The position numbers were made by a program, and so were the translations under genes. 64,000 bases of DNA, taken from Candidatus Obscuribacteraceae bacterium. Its GTDB lineage: Bacteria > Cyanobacteriota > Vampirovibrionia > Obscuribacterales > Obscuribacteraceae. The stretch's first letter is position 1. Each line of letters begins with the position of its first letter. Location: the NCBI GenBank assembly GCA_044226015.1, contig JBGAHS010000004.1:736001-800000 (forward strand), in the 5' to 3' direction. This document shows positions 20,791 through 31,278 of the stretch, piece after piece. The notes under the pieces are model-generated. The model did not search any database, had not been told where the DNA came from, and was given only the letters and a program-made list of their open reading frames with translations.

Positions 20791-22089
20791 ATGGCCTTTT
20801 CAAGAAAAGTTCTAACAAGTTTATTGCTTGTGCACCTGGCGACTTTCTCGGTTGCAGTCCTTGCTGATGAAGAGAAAGACAATCATCAGGCTATGAACTC
20901 GGTGACAGAAATTTCGGCTCTTTCAACAGATCAATCTGTTATAAGGGCTGCAATTCCTCCTGTTATGGAGAAGTTAGCTGAAATTTTGCAAAAGAATCCC
21001 AAGAACTTCAGAGCTCATTTCTTGCTGGCTCGTTGTTATGAAAAGATGGGAATGGAAGAGCTTGCTAATGCTGAAGACGCGCTTGCAGAGCAAGGCGGAG
21101 AAGAGTACAAGCGCTTTATACTTTCTTGCTTGAAAGATCAGGTGCAGTTCAATCACTTCGATGCTGCCGTCGCCTACAACGTTTTTGCCGAGAAGTACTA
21201 TCCGAAAGACCCAACAGTTCTCATTACTAAAGCCTTTCAATTGCACAAAGAAGGCAAGCTTGATGAGGAAGAAAAAATTCTCAGTGGCGTTTTGTCAAAC
21301 CAAAAGCCCGAGCCCGGTGTTTACAGCGCCATTGCCTCGCTAAAAGTGAGAAAAGGCGATTACAAAACGGCAATTTCACTCTTCGACAAAGAGTTAGCTC
21401 TTTACCCAGAGTACGAACCTGCTTCACTCGGAAAAGCCAAAACTCTTGAGCTTATGCATCACTATAAGGAAGCTCTTGTTATAGCTACTCCCCTCTATTT
21501 GGAAGCCATTTTCCATTATGACCTTGCCACCCTAATGGCAGACTCATTCTTGCATCTCTCGATGTACTCCAATGCACTTGACCCGACTTTGGTGGCACTG
21601 GCGGTGGCACAAACTCCTGAGCAAATGAAACTTGCCAAAGAGCGAATTCGTTTCTTGTGGCCAAGATTGACGCCACAAGAGCGAACTGTGCAGTTAGATT
21701 CTGCAACTAAAATCATCGACAAAACCGCATTCGGTCCACGCCTTCATTTCGCCATTGGTGATGCTCTGGAGAAAGCTGGTTTGTACCACGAAGCGGAATT
21801 TCAATTCCGAAGCGGCTTGAAGCTAGAGCCAACGCATGCAAGTGCGTACCAGCATTTAGGCGAAATATATCAGCAGCAGTTTCACGATGATCGAACCGCT
21901 TTTGTTCTCTACACAAAGTATCTAGCCATTACGGATAGCCCTGCAATTCGAATGAAATGGCGCAGACTTTTGCAAATGAACAGCAAGCCGCCCGATCTTT
22001 CTCAGCTCATTAAGCGGCGATTCTTTTCAGCAAGCTCAGCACGGGTTGCCAGCCAATCTAAATCTGATTCGCCATCCGAACAAAAATAG
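20791..22089 (+). CDS. Exported TPR protein (paralog of 14281-15720)
   Basis: Signal peptide; NPKNFRAHFLLARCYEKMG closely matches the 14281 gene; several TPRs. Confidence 0.85.
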   Translation: MAFSRKVLTSLLLVHLATFSVAVLADEEKDNHQAMNSVTEISALSTDQSVIRAAIPPVMEKLAEILQKNPKNFRAHFLLARCYEKMGMEELANAEDALAEQGGEEYKRFILSCLKDQVQFNHFDAAVAYNVFAEKYYPKDPTVLITKAFQLHKEGKLDEEEKILSGVLSNQKPEPGVYSAIASLKVRKGDYKTAISLFDKELALYPEYEPASLGKAKTLELMHHYKEALVIATPLYLEAIFHYDLATLMADSFLHLSMYSNALDPTLVALAVAQTPEQMKLAKERIRFLWPRLTPQERTVQLDSATKIIDKTAFGPRLHFAIGDALEKAGLYHEAEFQFRSGLKLEPTHASAYQHLGEIYQQQFHDDRTAFVLYTKYLAITDSPAIRMKWRRLLQMNSKPPDLSQLIKRRFFSASSARVASQSKSDSPSEQK

Positions 22090-22120
22090 CGCGTGCATGC
22101 CAGATTCATGCACTCAGGCA

Positions 22121-22153
22121 AAAAGAAAGGGACCACTTACGGTCCCTTTTCTT
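22121..22153. terminator. Bidirectional intrinsic terminator between convergent genes
   Basis: AAAGGGACC/GGTCCCTTT stem with an A-run on one side and a T-run on the other. Confidence 0.8.
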
Positions 22154-22174
22154 AAACTCTATGATTGCCTGTTT

Positions 22175-22675
22175 CTACGGAGCAATCGACACAATCGGCT
22201 CAACATCTTTCGATTGGAAGTCCCATTTCGACGGAAGGAAGGGGAATGGTACTGGCAGTGTTACACGCATAGAGGTTATGCATGCCACCTGTCCGCTAGC
22301 TGGTGCGGGTGGGTTCTGGTTTCCTGTGATGGGTCCTGGCCACGTTCCGCCGCCAGAATCAGCTGTTCCAGTTGCGTTATAGCTGAACCCGGTAAGGAAG
22401 GAATCGCCCGATTTTCCTATGATAGAAGAGGAATTGAAGCTATCTGCCACTTGCTTAGCTGATTGGAAAGCCGATGGTGCATCTCCAGTGCCCGAACCAT
22501 TTACAGCACTTGCCGCGGCGCGGCATGAACTCTTGGCGAGATTATCGTTTGCCGTGTTGCACAACACAAGAACCGCGATGTCGAAAAGGAAAAGAACAAT
22601 CGGTACCAGAAACATGATGCCAACTACGGTTTCAATAATACTCTGTCCACGTTTGCGGTTTGACCTGGCAGTCAT
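22175..22675 (-). CDS. TadE-like minor pilin
   Basis: Prepilin-type RKRG|QSIIE followed by a hydrophobic helix; GGAG RBS. Confidence 0.8.
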   Translation of the reverse strand: MTARSNRKRGQSIIETVVGIMFLVPIVLFLFDIAVLVLCNTANDNLAKSSCRAAASAVNGSGTGDAPSAFQSAKQVADSFNSSSIIGKSGDSFLTGFSYNATGTADSGGGTWPGPITGNQNPPAPASGQVACITSMRVTLPVPFPFLPSKWDFQSKDVEPIVSIAP

Positions 22676-22742
22676 GTTTGGAATCTCCAAAAAATTAGGG
22701 TTTACGTTTGTGACACCTTTGCTCGTCGCTGCGATGGCGGAC

Positions 22743-23198
22743 TTATTGGGTTACTTCGCGCGGGCGAGTGCTCTGAATAATGAATTTCATCGGAGCATTC
22801 ATGCCAGGGACAGTTCCCCACCAGGGGATGCTGATGAACGGAGTGGCGTTAATGTTCGAGGTGCAAGTCACCATCGGCTGCATACCGCCTGATGCTGGAG
22901 TATATTGAGCTGAGTGAACCATATCACTTTTGCTCTTAACCCCAATGAATGGGACGATGCCGCTAGAGAAGAGCGCATCATTGACCTCGTCGTAGACTTG
23001 GGATTCGTCGGCTTGTTTGCGGACCGAAAGTTCTCTACAAGCCATAAAATTGCAATACCAGCCTGCGCCGTAGGCGGCAGCAAGTCCCAGTACGTCCAGC
23101 ATTGGGAAGAAGATGATCACGATGAAAAGGAACATAGCCGGACCAAATTCGGTTATGGCACTTCCCTTCTTCCGGCGCATATTTGTCCGAGCATCCAT
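22743..23198 (-). CDS. TadE-like minor pilin
   Basis: RKKG|SAITEF + TM helix; GAGGA RBS. Confidence 0.8.
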   Translation of the reverse strand: MDARTNMRRKKGSAITEFGPAMFLFIVIIFFPMLDVLGLAAAYGAGWYCNFMACRELSVRKQADESQVYDEVNDALFSSGIVPFIGVKSKSDMVHSAQYTPASGGMQPMVTCTSNINATPFISIPWWGTVPGMNAPMKFIIQSTRPREVTQ

Positions 23199-23394
23199 CT
23201 TGGTTCCTCGCTGATTAGTAAAAGCGCGTTCCCCCGAACTAGCGCTATGGTTCTATTATACCCACGCAGCTCTACCTGCCAACAGGTAGGCTGCCGATGA
23301 TGCCTTTCGCATCATATTTGCTTCAAGTCTCTAAATCTTTATCTCACGGGGGCTTAGAGCTGGCATACCCAATGGATGTCGGATAAATATAGGG

Positions 23395-23868
23395 CTAGTT
23401 GCGCCCTTTCTCTTCCTGAGGTCTCTGAGAGCTGATGATGAAAGGGAAAGCGGCGTTAATACCGGGCACAGAACCCCACCAGGGAATACTGATGAAAGGT
23501 TTCACGATGCAGGTTGTGGTGCATTGAACGATATTTGGATTTGATTGGTTCGGAAAATACTGAATGTTTGAAACCTGTAAATCTCCAGGTTCCATCTTGA
23601 GGAATTTGAAGAAAGATGAGTCTTTGAACTGATTGTTTACTTTAGTAATTGCAGCAGCTTGAGTCTGAATCGCAGGGTCCGGCGTCACACCAGGCGGCGC
23701 TGACATTGCTATTTCTCGAATCATGTAATCATGGTAAATGCCGGACATAATGTAGCCAACGGCCATCTCCAGCAGGTCTAACATTGGAAAAAAGATGATA
23801 ACGAAAAGAAGGAACAGGGCTGGACCCGTTTCCGTAATTGCGCTTCCTCTAGAACGGCGTTGTAACAT
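23395..23868 (-). CDS. TadE-like minor pilin (tandem paralog of 22743-23198)
   Basis: RSRG|SAITE + TM; shares IIFFPMLD and PFISIPWWG.VPG.NA..FII.S.RP.E with its neighbour. Confidence 0.8.
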   Translation of the reverse strand: MLQRRSRGSAITETGPALFLLFVIIFFPMLDLLEMAVGYIMSGIYHDYMIREIAMSAPPGVTPDPAIQTQAAAITKVNNQFKDSSFFKFLKMEPGDLQVSNIQYFPNQSNPNIVQCTTTCIVKPFISIPWWGSVPGINAAFPFIISSQRPQEEKGRN

Positions 23869-24061
23869 AGTTTCTTGACCTTTGTAACGGAACAAGCACT
23901 GATAGGATTATATCATTCAGGATTTTACTTGAATCTGTGTGAATTACCAGTGATTTCTTTTGCCTGGATGCGGACAAGATGACAGCAGCGGTAAATGATT
24001 GGTAAATAGTTTAAGATGTACTTGCGAAGTCCTGGTGTCGTTTTGCAAAGGAGTCAGTGTG

Positions 24062-24577
24062 ATGAAGTCGCTCAAACTAAGCCTTGTAGGTCTTCTTTTC
24101 TTTTCATTGCTGAATGTGAGTGCCATGGATGCGATGTCCGCGCCTGTTAAGGTGTCTAGTGAAACAAAGGCAGTGAGCAGTGCTCCTGTTGCAGAAGATA
24201 AAGACACCAAAACGAATTCAAATCAGAAACTTCACCGAGCCGATTTTCGTGTGACAGGTGCTAGCTGTGTAGCTTGTTTGCGAAGAATTGGCAAAACTCT
24301 CAGAGAACAGCATGGTGTTCTGAAAGCTGACATATCTATTTTCAAGCCTTACTGGGCAATTGTCGTTTATGATGCCAATGCCACCAACATGGACAAACTC
24401 TACGAGGTTGTTAAAGCTGAGAAAGTGAAGTTTGAGGAGATGGAAGACAAAGCGATTTCATCGCTTCCCTTGATTATCATTCCCAAAGGTATGGCACCAG
24501 CTCCGGGCGCCACGAGTAGCGCGCCGTCCAGCAGTGGAAATTCTGGCGCTACTAGCGGTGGCAGCTCAGTTCACTAG
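24062..24577 (+). CDS. Exported heavy-metal-associated (HMA) domain protein
   Basis: Signal peptide; FRVTGASCVAC metal-binding loop (GMxCxxC variant). Confidence 0.8.
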   Translation: MKSLKLSLVGLLFFSLLNVSAMDAMSAPVKVSSETKAVSSAPVAEDKDTKTNSNQKLHRADFRVTGASCVACLRRIGKTLREQHGVLKADISIFKPYWAIVVYDANATNMDKLYEVVKAEKVKFEEMEDKAISSLPLIIIPKGMAPAPGATSSAPSSSGNSGATSGGSSVH

Positions 24578-24629
24578 CTTCTTTTGCCAGCTTGAAAATA
24601 AAGATTTCTATCAGAGCGGAAAGTCAGGT

Positions 24630-25487
24630 TCAGGCTTTGCTTGCCAGGCTCTGGCTGCTTCCTGCCTCAACCATGCTCTGCACATACGCTTGAAGTTCGT
24701 CCAGTGTCGATTTTTCCATCCTTATAGAGTTAATCCACTCAATTATTTTGCTGCCGGTAATCACAGCTGAAGCATTTATGGCGTACATTTTCTTTGCTTG
24801 CTCTGGAGTTGAGACCCCAAAGCCAACAGCTACAGGCAGCTTAATCTTCTCGCTGGCTTTCCTTATCAATTCTGAGAGCTGACTGTCGTATCGCTCTTCC
24901 ACTCCCGTTGTGCCGAGTCGTGAGACAGCATAGAGAAAACCACCAGCTCGTTTAGCTATGAGGTTCAGTCTCTCTTCAGTTGTTAAAGGCGAAATTATAA
25001 AGATCAATTGCAGTCCATTATTCTTCGCTTGAATCAAAAGGTTGTTTTTTTCGTCGTTGGGCTGCGCGTCCATTAATAATTCATCTGGAGGCAAATCAAC
25101 TATTAAAAGCCCATCTACTCCAGCCTCTGCAGCGTTCTTGCAAAATTCTTCCGCACCATGAGCGAGAACTGAATTGTAGTAACACATGAGAGTGATGGGA
25201 ATGGTTTCGCTTATTTTGCGAACTCGACTTATTAACTCGAATGCTGTCTGGGTTTTGAATCCAGATTCAATGGTTTCTGCTGAAGCCTGCTGTATCACAG
25301 GTCCATCCGCCAGCGGATCTGAGAAAGCCAGGCCAAGTTCGAGTGCTGCAGCCCCGCCTTTTATCATTCGTTCCATAGCCTGAAATGACAATTCAACGTT
25401 TGGGTAGCCCAACAATGTATAAGGAATGAACGCCTTCTTCGCGGACAACTTTAGCTCGGCGAACAGTTTGTCATATCTATTTTCCAT
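24630..25487 (-). CDS. trpA: Tryptophan synthase alpha chain
   Basis: [42 protein letters not shown]. Confidence 0.97.
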   Translation of the reverse strand: MENRYDKLFAELKLSAKKAFIPYTLLGYPNVELSFQAMERMIKGGAAALELGLAFSDPLADGPVIQQASAETIESGFKTQTAFELISRVRKISETIPITLMCYYNSVLAHGAEEFCKNAAEAGVDGLLIVDLPPDELLMDAQPNDEKNNLLIQAKNNGLQLIFIISPLTTEERLNLIAKRAGGFLYAVSRLGTTGVEERYDSQLSELIRKASEKIKLPVAVGFGVSTPEQAKKMYAINASAVITGSKIIEWINSIRMEKSTLDELQAYVQSMVEAGSSQSLASKA

Positions 25488-26646
25488 AATTCATCACCTG
25501 TTCTAAATCTTTGTCTCCACGACCAGATACGTTGATCAAAATGTCTTTATTTGCGCCCTCTGCAGCTGCTAATTTTTTTGCATAAGCAATCGCATGCGAG
25601 CTTTCCAGTGCTGGAATGATGCCTTCCTTGCATGAAAGCTCGTGGTAAGCGGCTATAGCTTCGTCGTCAGTTACAGAAGAGTAAAACGCTCGACCGCTTT
25701 GTTGAAGGTAAGCGTGTTCAGGACCAACAGAGGGATAGTCCAGACCAGCTGCAATGCTGTAGGTCTCATGGATTTGACCATCTTCGTCTTGCAATACTTT
25801 ACTAATCATTCCGTGGAGGCACCCGTCAGTACCTTTGGACAAAACAGCGCCGTGATGGCTCGAGTCCAGTCCTCGTCCGGCTGGCTCGACCCCAATGAGT
25901 TTTACTTCGAGGTCATCGATGAATCCATTGAATATACCGATTGCATTAGAACCTCCTCCAACACAAGCCACTACATAATTGGGGAGGAGTTGGTAATCAT
26001 TCAGCATCTGAGTTCTTGCTTCTTCTCCGACAATCGATTGGAAAAATTTGACGATTGTGGGAAACGGGTGAGGACCCGCAGCCGTTCCAAGCAAATAATG
26101 TGTGTCTCGCACTGAAGCAATCCAGTCTCTCATCGCTGCGTTGATCGCATCCTTCAGTGTCTTGCCGCCTGTGCTGACAGGATGAACCGTAGCACCGAGA
26201 AGTTTCATGCGCATCACATTGGCATGTTGACGCTGCATATCTACTTCCCCCATATAGACCTCGGTTTTCATGCCCAGCAGGGCTCCAGCCATTGCAGTAG
26301 CGACGCCATGCTGTCCTGCACCGGTCTCAGCTATGATGCGAGTCTTGCCAATTTCGCGGGCAAGGAGAGCCTGTCCGATGGCATTGTTTGTTTTGTGAGC
26401 GCCACCATGCAGCAGGTCTTCTCTCTTAAGGTAGATATTTGCACCCCAGCTGCGAGATAGGTTGCTGGCGAAAGAAACCGGGGTGGGGCGCCCAGCATAA
26501 TCGCGCATGACCGATTTGAATTTCTCGTTGAATAGATTGTCCATCTGCAGTTTCACAAATGCAGATTCAAGTTCTTCCAGGGCTGGCATGAGAGTTTCGG
26601 GGGCGTAAATGCCGCCATATTTGCCGAACCTTCCTGTTTTGAGCAT
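25477..26646 (-). CDS. trpB: Tryptophan synthase beta chain
   Basis: [16 protein letters not shown] (PLP lysine), [22 protein letters not shown]. Confidence 0.98.
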   Translation of the reverse strand: MLKTGRFGKYGGIYAPETLMPALEELESAFVKLQMDNLFNEKFKSVMRDYAGRPTPVSFASNLSRSWGANIYLKREDLLHGGAHKTNNAIGQALLAREIGKTRIIAETGAGQHGVATAMAGALLGMKTEVYMGEVDMQRQHANVMRMKLLGATVHPVSTGGKTLKDAINAAMRDWIASVRDTHYLLGTAAGPHPFPTIVKFFQSIVGEEARTQMLNDYQLLPNYVVACVGGGSNAIGIFNGFIDDLEVKLIGVEPAGRGLDSSHHGAVLSKGTDGCLHGMISKVLQDEDGQIHETYSIAAGLDYPSVGPEHAYLQQSGRAFYSSVTDDEAIAAYHELSCKEGIIPALESSHAIAYAKKLAAAEGANKDILINVSGRGDKDLEQVMNYGK

Positions 26647-26648
26647 TT

Positions 26649-27254
26649 CTAATTTCCTCTTGCTGCTGCCAAAAAATTTTCGAGTTTAACGTGGTCCTTA
26701 ACGCCGGGGCTCGACTCAACACCAGATGCGGTATCAACACCATAAGGGTCTATGCTCAAGGCTAAGTTCAGATTCTCTGAATTAAGCCCACCGGCTAGAA
26801 AAAAAGGTCGCCATCGTTCTAAATATTCTTTGTGCTCTTTGACAGTTTTTTCGAGCCATAGCTTATCGTCGGATTTTGATTTGGGGCGGTCAAATAAGAA
26901 CGCGTGTACAAGGTACTCCGAAAGATCTGGCGTTGAGTTCTGATCGAGTTCAACAGCCTTGATTATTGGAGCGGTTATAGCTTTGCAATAATCAGGCGAT
27001 TCGGAGCCATGTAACTGGACGAAATCGAGTCTCAACGCGTCGGCGATATCATTTACGACTTGCAAGTCCTGGTCTTTAAACACTCCCACAATTCTGGCGC
27101 TGCTTCCGATACGCTTGCGAATTTGGCGTGCATCAGCCTGATCGATTTTTCTTGGGCTTTCAGCAAAGATAAATCCCAGATACTCAGCACCAAGCTCTAC
27201 AGCCCTTTCCGCATCTGCTAAGGAGCGAATTCCACATATTTTTACGACAGGCAT
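26649..27254 (-). CDS. trpF: Phosphoribosylanthranilate isomerase
   Basis: [33 protein letters not shown]. Confidence 0.96.
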   Translation of the reverse strand: MPVVKICGIRSLADAERAVELGAEYLGFIFAESPRKIDQADARQIRKRIGSSARIVGVFKDQDLQVVNDIADALRLDFVQLHGSESPDYCKAITAPIIKAVELDQNSTPDLSEYLVHAFLFDRPKSKSDDKLWLEKTVKEHKEYLERWRPFFLAGGLNSENLNLALSIDPYGVDTASGVESSPGVKDHVKLENFLAAARGN

Positions 27255-28057
27255 TTCGATTCCTTCTTACTGCTCAAAAATCTTCTCTCTGCTTCCATAA
27301 ATTCTTCAAACTTTGTCTCGGGATTTTTTGTTTTCATTAAGGCCGAACCAATCAGAAAGCGAGAAGCATAAGGTCTCAGGTGCAGGAAATCAGATGCGTT
27401 TTCTACGCCACTGGCGGCGATAACAATCGCATCCGAATTTATGTATTTCACCAGCTGGCTCACAGTGTTTAAATCGATTTTGAGATCATCCAGGTTTCTG
27501 TTATTGATCAGGATGACCTTGGGAGAGACAGCAGATTGTACGAATTCAATTTCTTCTTTTGTTTGAACTTCCACTACAGGAGTCATTCTTAATTCCTGGC
27601 AGGTAGAGTAGAGTCTTTTCAGCTTTTGCTCATCGAGAATCTTGGCGATGAGCAAAGCTGCCTGTGCTCCTGCTGCACGCCCTTCGAAAATCTGGTATTC
27701 ATCGATGACAAAGTCCTTCAAAAGCGTTGGAGCTTTGGTTTTTCTGGACACATCTTTCAACAAATCGATGCTGCCTCCGAAATATTTTTCGTCGCAAAGC
27801 ACTGAAATAGCTTGAGCGTGTTTTTCATAGCAAAGCAGCCTGCTATCGAAATCATTGCTTCTGTCCAAATCGCCCAGCGCTGGCGAGCGTGGCTTCAATT
27901 CTGCTATCAATTTGAGCCCATTGCCTTCCAGAACTTTTGCAAATGATTCTTCACCCACTTGCAAACTGCCTTTGAGCGCAGAGATAGAGAGCTGATTTTT
28001 CTTAGCTTCTATTTCGGAAGTCTTGTGTGCCACCACTTCAGCTAGAAAGCTGACCAT
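27242..28057 (-). CDS. trpC: Indole-3-glycerol phosphate synthase
   Basis: LIAELKPRSP, ISVLCDEKYFGGS, LLKDFVID.YQI, INNRNL; GGAGG RBS before ATG 28057. Confidence 0.95.
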   Translation of the reverse strand: MVSFLAEVVAHKTSEIEAKKNQLSISALKGSLQVGEESFAKVLEGNGLKLIAELKPRSPALGDLDRSNDFDSRLLCYEKHAQAISVLCDEKYFGGSIDLLKDVSRKTKAPTLLKDFVIDEYQIFEGRAAGAQAALLIAKILDEQKLKRLYSTCQELRMTPVVEVQTKEEIEFVQSAVSPKVILINNRNLDDLKIDLNTVSQLVKYINSDAIVIAASGVENASDFLHLRPYASRFLIGSALMKTKNPETKFEEFMEAERRFLSSKKESKCLS

Positions 28058-29048
28058 AAAACCTCCTGCAAGTTTGAAATTGCTCGTAGACGGCTCTTGA
28101 TGCAATTAACTCTGCTGCCAGAGCGATGCCTTCGTCGATTGAGTTCGCTGCTTTCAAAAGATGCAGCGCGGCCCCAGAGTTGAGAACTATCATTTTGTAA
28201 GCGTGAGAACTGCTGTCTTCACCCTTGATGATTCGCATGAAACTCTCGGCGTTTGATTTGGCATCGAAACAGGCTGTGACTTGCTTCTGAGAAGGTTTTG
28301 AGAAAAGTGCTAAGGACAGTTTCTCAGGATGAATTTGATATTCAGATAAGACAGCGTTATCAATGAAGCTAACGTCGCTTGCTGTGTCTATGCAAATTTC
28401 GTCGAGTTTTCCTCCGCCTGTCACGAGCATTGCTCGATTGATGCGTGGATTACTCTGCAGATGCGTAGCGATGCATTTTCTCATGAAGTCTGAAGAGACA
28501 CCCATCATTCGATTGCCTGGGTGCACCGGGTTCAGCAATGGTCCGATGAAATTCAATACGGTTGGAACTCCATGCTTTTTGCGCAGTGGTGCCAGTCGCC
28601 GCAAATGAGGATAGACCGATGGCGCAAATATCAACGCGAGCCCACAAACCGAAATAGCATCAGCCACTCTCTGCAAAGGCAGGTCTGCTGGAAAACCGAG
28701 GCAATCAAGGAAATCAAAGCTGCCCGATTTACCGCTTGCTGCTCTCGAGCCAAATTTTGCTACCTTGAAGTCTGCTGCTGAAAGAACGAAAGCGACGCTT
28801 GTTGAGGTGTTGAAGTGTTCAATTCCACTGCCACCGGTGCCAGAGCAGTCTATCGAAAAGCGCCCCAACTCGTACAGCTCAAGCGCGAGGTCAGGGTGAA
28901 TGTCAGCCGTTAGCGAGATACGATTGACCGCTGTGTCCAGAACATCTTGCTTTAAGCTCTCAATGCCCAGATTTGAGAGAGCTGCCAGTATTTCGCTTTC
29001 TGATGCATCAGGGTTGAGTATTTTGTCTATTTCACTGGTTCCTAGCAT
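28038..29048 (-). CDS. trpD: Anthranilate phosphoribosyltransferase (divergent)
   Basis: DCSGTGG, FNTST, SGKSGS.D, TVLNFIGPLLNP, LDE; position in the operon. Confidence 0.9.
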   Translation of the reverse strand: MLGTSEIDKILNPDASESEILAALSNLGIESLKQDVLDTAVNRISLTADIHPDLALELYELGRFSIDCSGTGGSGIEHFNTSTSVAFVLSAADFKVAKFGSRAASGKSGSFDFLDCLGFPADLPLQRVADAISVCGLALIFAPSVYPHLRRLAPLRKKHGVPTVLNFIGPLLNPVHPGNRMMGVSSDFMRKCIATHLQSNPRINRAMLVTGGGKLDEICIDTASDVSFIDNAVLSEYQIHPEKLSLALFSKPSQKQVTACFDAKSNAESFMRIIKGEDSSSHAYKMIVLNSGAALHLLKAANSIDEGIALAAELIASRAVYEQFQTCRRFYGQLSS

Positions 29049-29635
29049 AACGAAACGTAATTCTCCAGTATTTTGATGCCGACGCCGGTTCCAACAGACT
29101 CAGGGTGGAACTGCACCCCGAAGAGCTTGCGACTTTTGTTTTGCACCGCCATTATGGTTTTGTCCGGAGTTTCAAGCTCTGCAACAACCTCAAGTTTGGC
29201 GGGAAGCGAACTTCTCTCTGCGATGAGAGAATGGTAGCGCATAACTTTTATACCCGAATCCAATCCCTTAAACAGTGGGCATTCGCTGACAAGATTAATA
29301 GCGCTCATTTTTCCATGAACTGGTTCTTGAGCCCTGATAACATTGCCGCCACTATGTTGAACAATGCCCTGGTGACCCAAGCAAACTCCGAGTATCACAC
29401 TATCCATTTCTTCAGCTGACTCTATAACCTGTTTGCATATACCAAAATCACGCGCGTTAGCAGGATGACCAGGTCCAGGCGATAGGACGATACCGTCGGG
29501 TTTGAGTTGCTTGATTTCTTTTAGACCTAATTCGTTGTTTCGCTTTACGATAACTTTGGCTGCCAGCATCGATAGCATTTGATACAGGTTGAATGTAAAC
29601 GAGTCAAAATTGTCTATTATCAAAATACTGCTCAT
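29042..29635 (-). CDS. trpG: Anthranilate synthase glutamine amidotransferase component
   Basis: IDNFDSFTFNL, LSPGPG, LGVCLGHQ, RYHSL, GVQFHPES. Confidence 0.96.
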   Translation of the reverse strand: MSSILIIDNFDSFTFNLYQMLSMLAAKVIVKRNNELGLKEIKQLKPDGIVLSPGPGHPANARDFGICKQVIESAEEMDSVILGVCLGHQGIVQHSGGNVIRAQEPVHGKMSAINLVSECPLFKGLDSGIKVMRYHSLIAERSSLPAKLEVVAELETPDKTIMAVQNKSRKLFGVQFHPESVGTGVGIKILENYVSLC

Positions 29636-31126
29636 TTACATACCCTCCGCGATGTGAATAGCTTTGAGAACGCTAAGAGCTTTGTTTCTCGTCTCTTCAT
29701 ACTCTGCTTCTGGCTCACTGTCTTGCACTATTCCAGCACCGGCACTGATGTGTGCAATACCATCTTTCACCAGGGCCGAACGAATCGCTATTGCAGAATC
29801 ACTATTACCCTTCAGGTCAAAATAACCTACCATTCCTGAATAGATACCCCTCTTTTCAGGCTCTAGTTCCGAAAGTAATTCCATTGCTCTTATCTTAGGT
29901 GCACCAGAGACGGTGCCAGCCGGAAAACAACTTTTGATGGCATCGAAGCAATTCAGTCCATCTGCCAGCGATGCGCTAATGTCTGTTGAAAGATGCATAA
30001 CCTGTCCGTAGCGTGTAACTCGGGCTATTTCGCCCCAGGCTACCGAACCGATTTTAGCGACTCTGCCGAGGTCGTTTCTGCCTAAGTCGACAAGCATATA
30101 ATGCTCAGCCAACTCCTTTTCCGACGAGCGCAGATCGGCTTCAAGAATCTGCTCTTCTTCCTCCGTCTTTCCTCTTGGTCTAGTGCCGGCAAGCGCCGTC
30201 AACGATAGTTCAGCATTTCTGCAAGCTAGCAATCGCTCTGGCGATGCGCCTAGATATGCGAAGTTTGGAAATTGCAGATAGTAACCGTAAGGTGATGGGT
30301 TGATGGACTGCAAAGCTCGATAGATGCTGAATGCATCACCTGCAAATGGATGAGCAAATCTCTGAGCAAGAACTATCTGGAAGACCTGACCTTCAGCTAT
30401 GAAATCCTTGCAGCGCAGTACCTTGCTTATGAAGTCTTGCTTGCTCATTGCGGGCTCTACTTTTGCGTGAAAGTCAGTGTTCGAGGACGGATGTTTGAAG
30501 ATGCTTATCTGATTTCTAATCTGATTTTTTTCGAGCTTTTCCACTATTTCTCGGCAGTGCGTTTCGCCTCGGAAAGAGAGAACTTTCATTTGTCTCTCTT
30601 TGTGGTCGAAAATTATTGCAGAGTCATAGAGGGCAAAGATGCCGTCGGGAACTTGCATAGCGTCGCTTTCTTGTGCTGCTATTTTGTCAAAGAACTGCGT
30701 GGCGCCGTAGCCTAAATAGCCGACGTATCCGCCTTCAAATGGTAGCTCGTTGGCACGATGGCTGGCTGAGTCAGGGACTTTACGCTTTAGCAGGGCAGAT
30801 CTTCTTGCCATGAAATCGAAAGGCGTAGTTGCTTCCTCGACCTTGACTGCTTCATATAGCCCGTTGTCCTGGCGCTTTTGAAGTGTAAGCCTGTCGCCTT
30901 CTATACTAATAACTTCGCATGGATCAAAGCCCAAAATGGAGTATCTCGCAAGCCTGCTATCGGATTCAGAGCTTTCAAATAAAAATGAATACGGAGACTC
31001 GTTGCGCAATTTTTCATACGCCAACACTGGCGTGATATGGTCAGCAAGGACGGCGATTTGGCTCATGCTCTTTATTGCTGGCAATGCGTCGTCGCTAAGG
31101 AAACTGTCAGTTGAGATAGCGGACAT
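29636..31126 (-). CDS. trpE: Anthranilate synthase component I
   Basis: FLFES, NPSPY, ASPE, LAGTRPRG, EH.MLVDLGRND, FPAGTVSGAPK, GAGIV.DS; GGAGA RBS before ATG 31126. Confidence 0.97.
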   Translation of the reverse strand: MSAISTDSFLSDDALPAIKSMSQIAVLADHITPVLAYEKLRNESPYSFLFESSESDSRLARYSILGFDPCEVISIEGDRLTLQKRQDNGLYEAVKVEEATTPFDFMARRSALLKRKVPDSASHRANELPFEGGYVGYLGYGATQFFDKIAAQESDAMQVPDGIFALYDSAIIFDHKERQMKVLSFRGETHCREIVEKLEKNQIRNQISIFKHPSSNTDFHAKVEPAMSKQDFISKVLRCKDFIAEGQVFQIVLAQRFAHPFAGDAFSIYRALQSINPSPYGYYLQFPNFAYLGASPERLLACRNAELSLTALAGTRPRGKTEEEEQILEADLRSSEKELAEHYMLVDLGRNDLGRVAKIGSVAWGEIARVTRYGQVMHLSTDISASLADGLNCFDAIKSCFPAGTVSGAPKIRAMELLSELEPEKRGIYSGMVGYFDLKGNSDSAIAIRSALVKDGIAHISAGAGIVQDSEPEAEYEETRNKALSVLKAIHIAEGM

Positions 31127-31142
31127 GGTTATTTTCTCCAGA

Positions 31143-31182
31143 ACAAACAAAAAGACCGCAGATTCTGGCAAGCCCGCGGTCT
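31143..31182 (-). terminator. trp attenuator terminator hairpin (3:4)
   Basis: Minus strand AGACCGCGG-loop-CTGCGGTCT followed by TTTTGTTTG, just upstream of the trpE RBS. Confidence 0.85.
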
Positions 31183-31230
31183 AACTACCTTTTATTTGTC
31201 TGAGCGATTCGCTCAACACGGCTTACCTGA

Positions 31231-31278
31231 TCAGTTTGACCAGCTCCACCAGTTGAATTGTAGGCTCTGACAGTTCAT
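31231..31278 (-). CDS. trpL: trp operon leader peptide MNCQSLQFNWWSWSN
   Basis: ATG AAC TGT CAG AGC CTA CAA TTC AAC TGG TGG AGC TGG TCA AAC TGA, preceded by GAGGA; three Trp codons; overlapping attenuator hairpins. Confidence 0.9.
   Translation of the reverse strand: MNCQSLQFNWWSWSN

Noticed and set aside
23290..23330. GCAAA followed by a GAAA-containing hairpin on the minus strand, resembling a c-di-GMP-I riboswitch
   Set aside because: The downstream GACGCAAAGC-type segment and tetraloop receptor are missing, and the element lies upstream of the apparent promoter.
24062..24577. HMA (CxxC) protein as part of the MNIO system (copper link)
   Set aside because: About 18 kb from the MNIO gene with unrelated genes between; no evidence of linkage.
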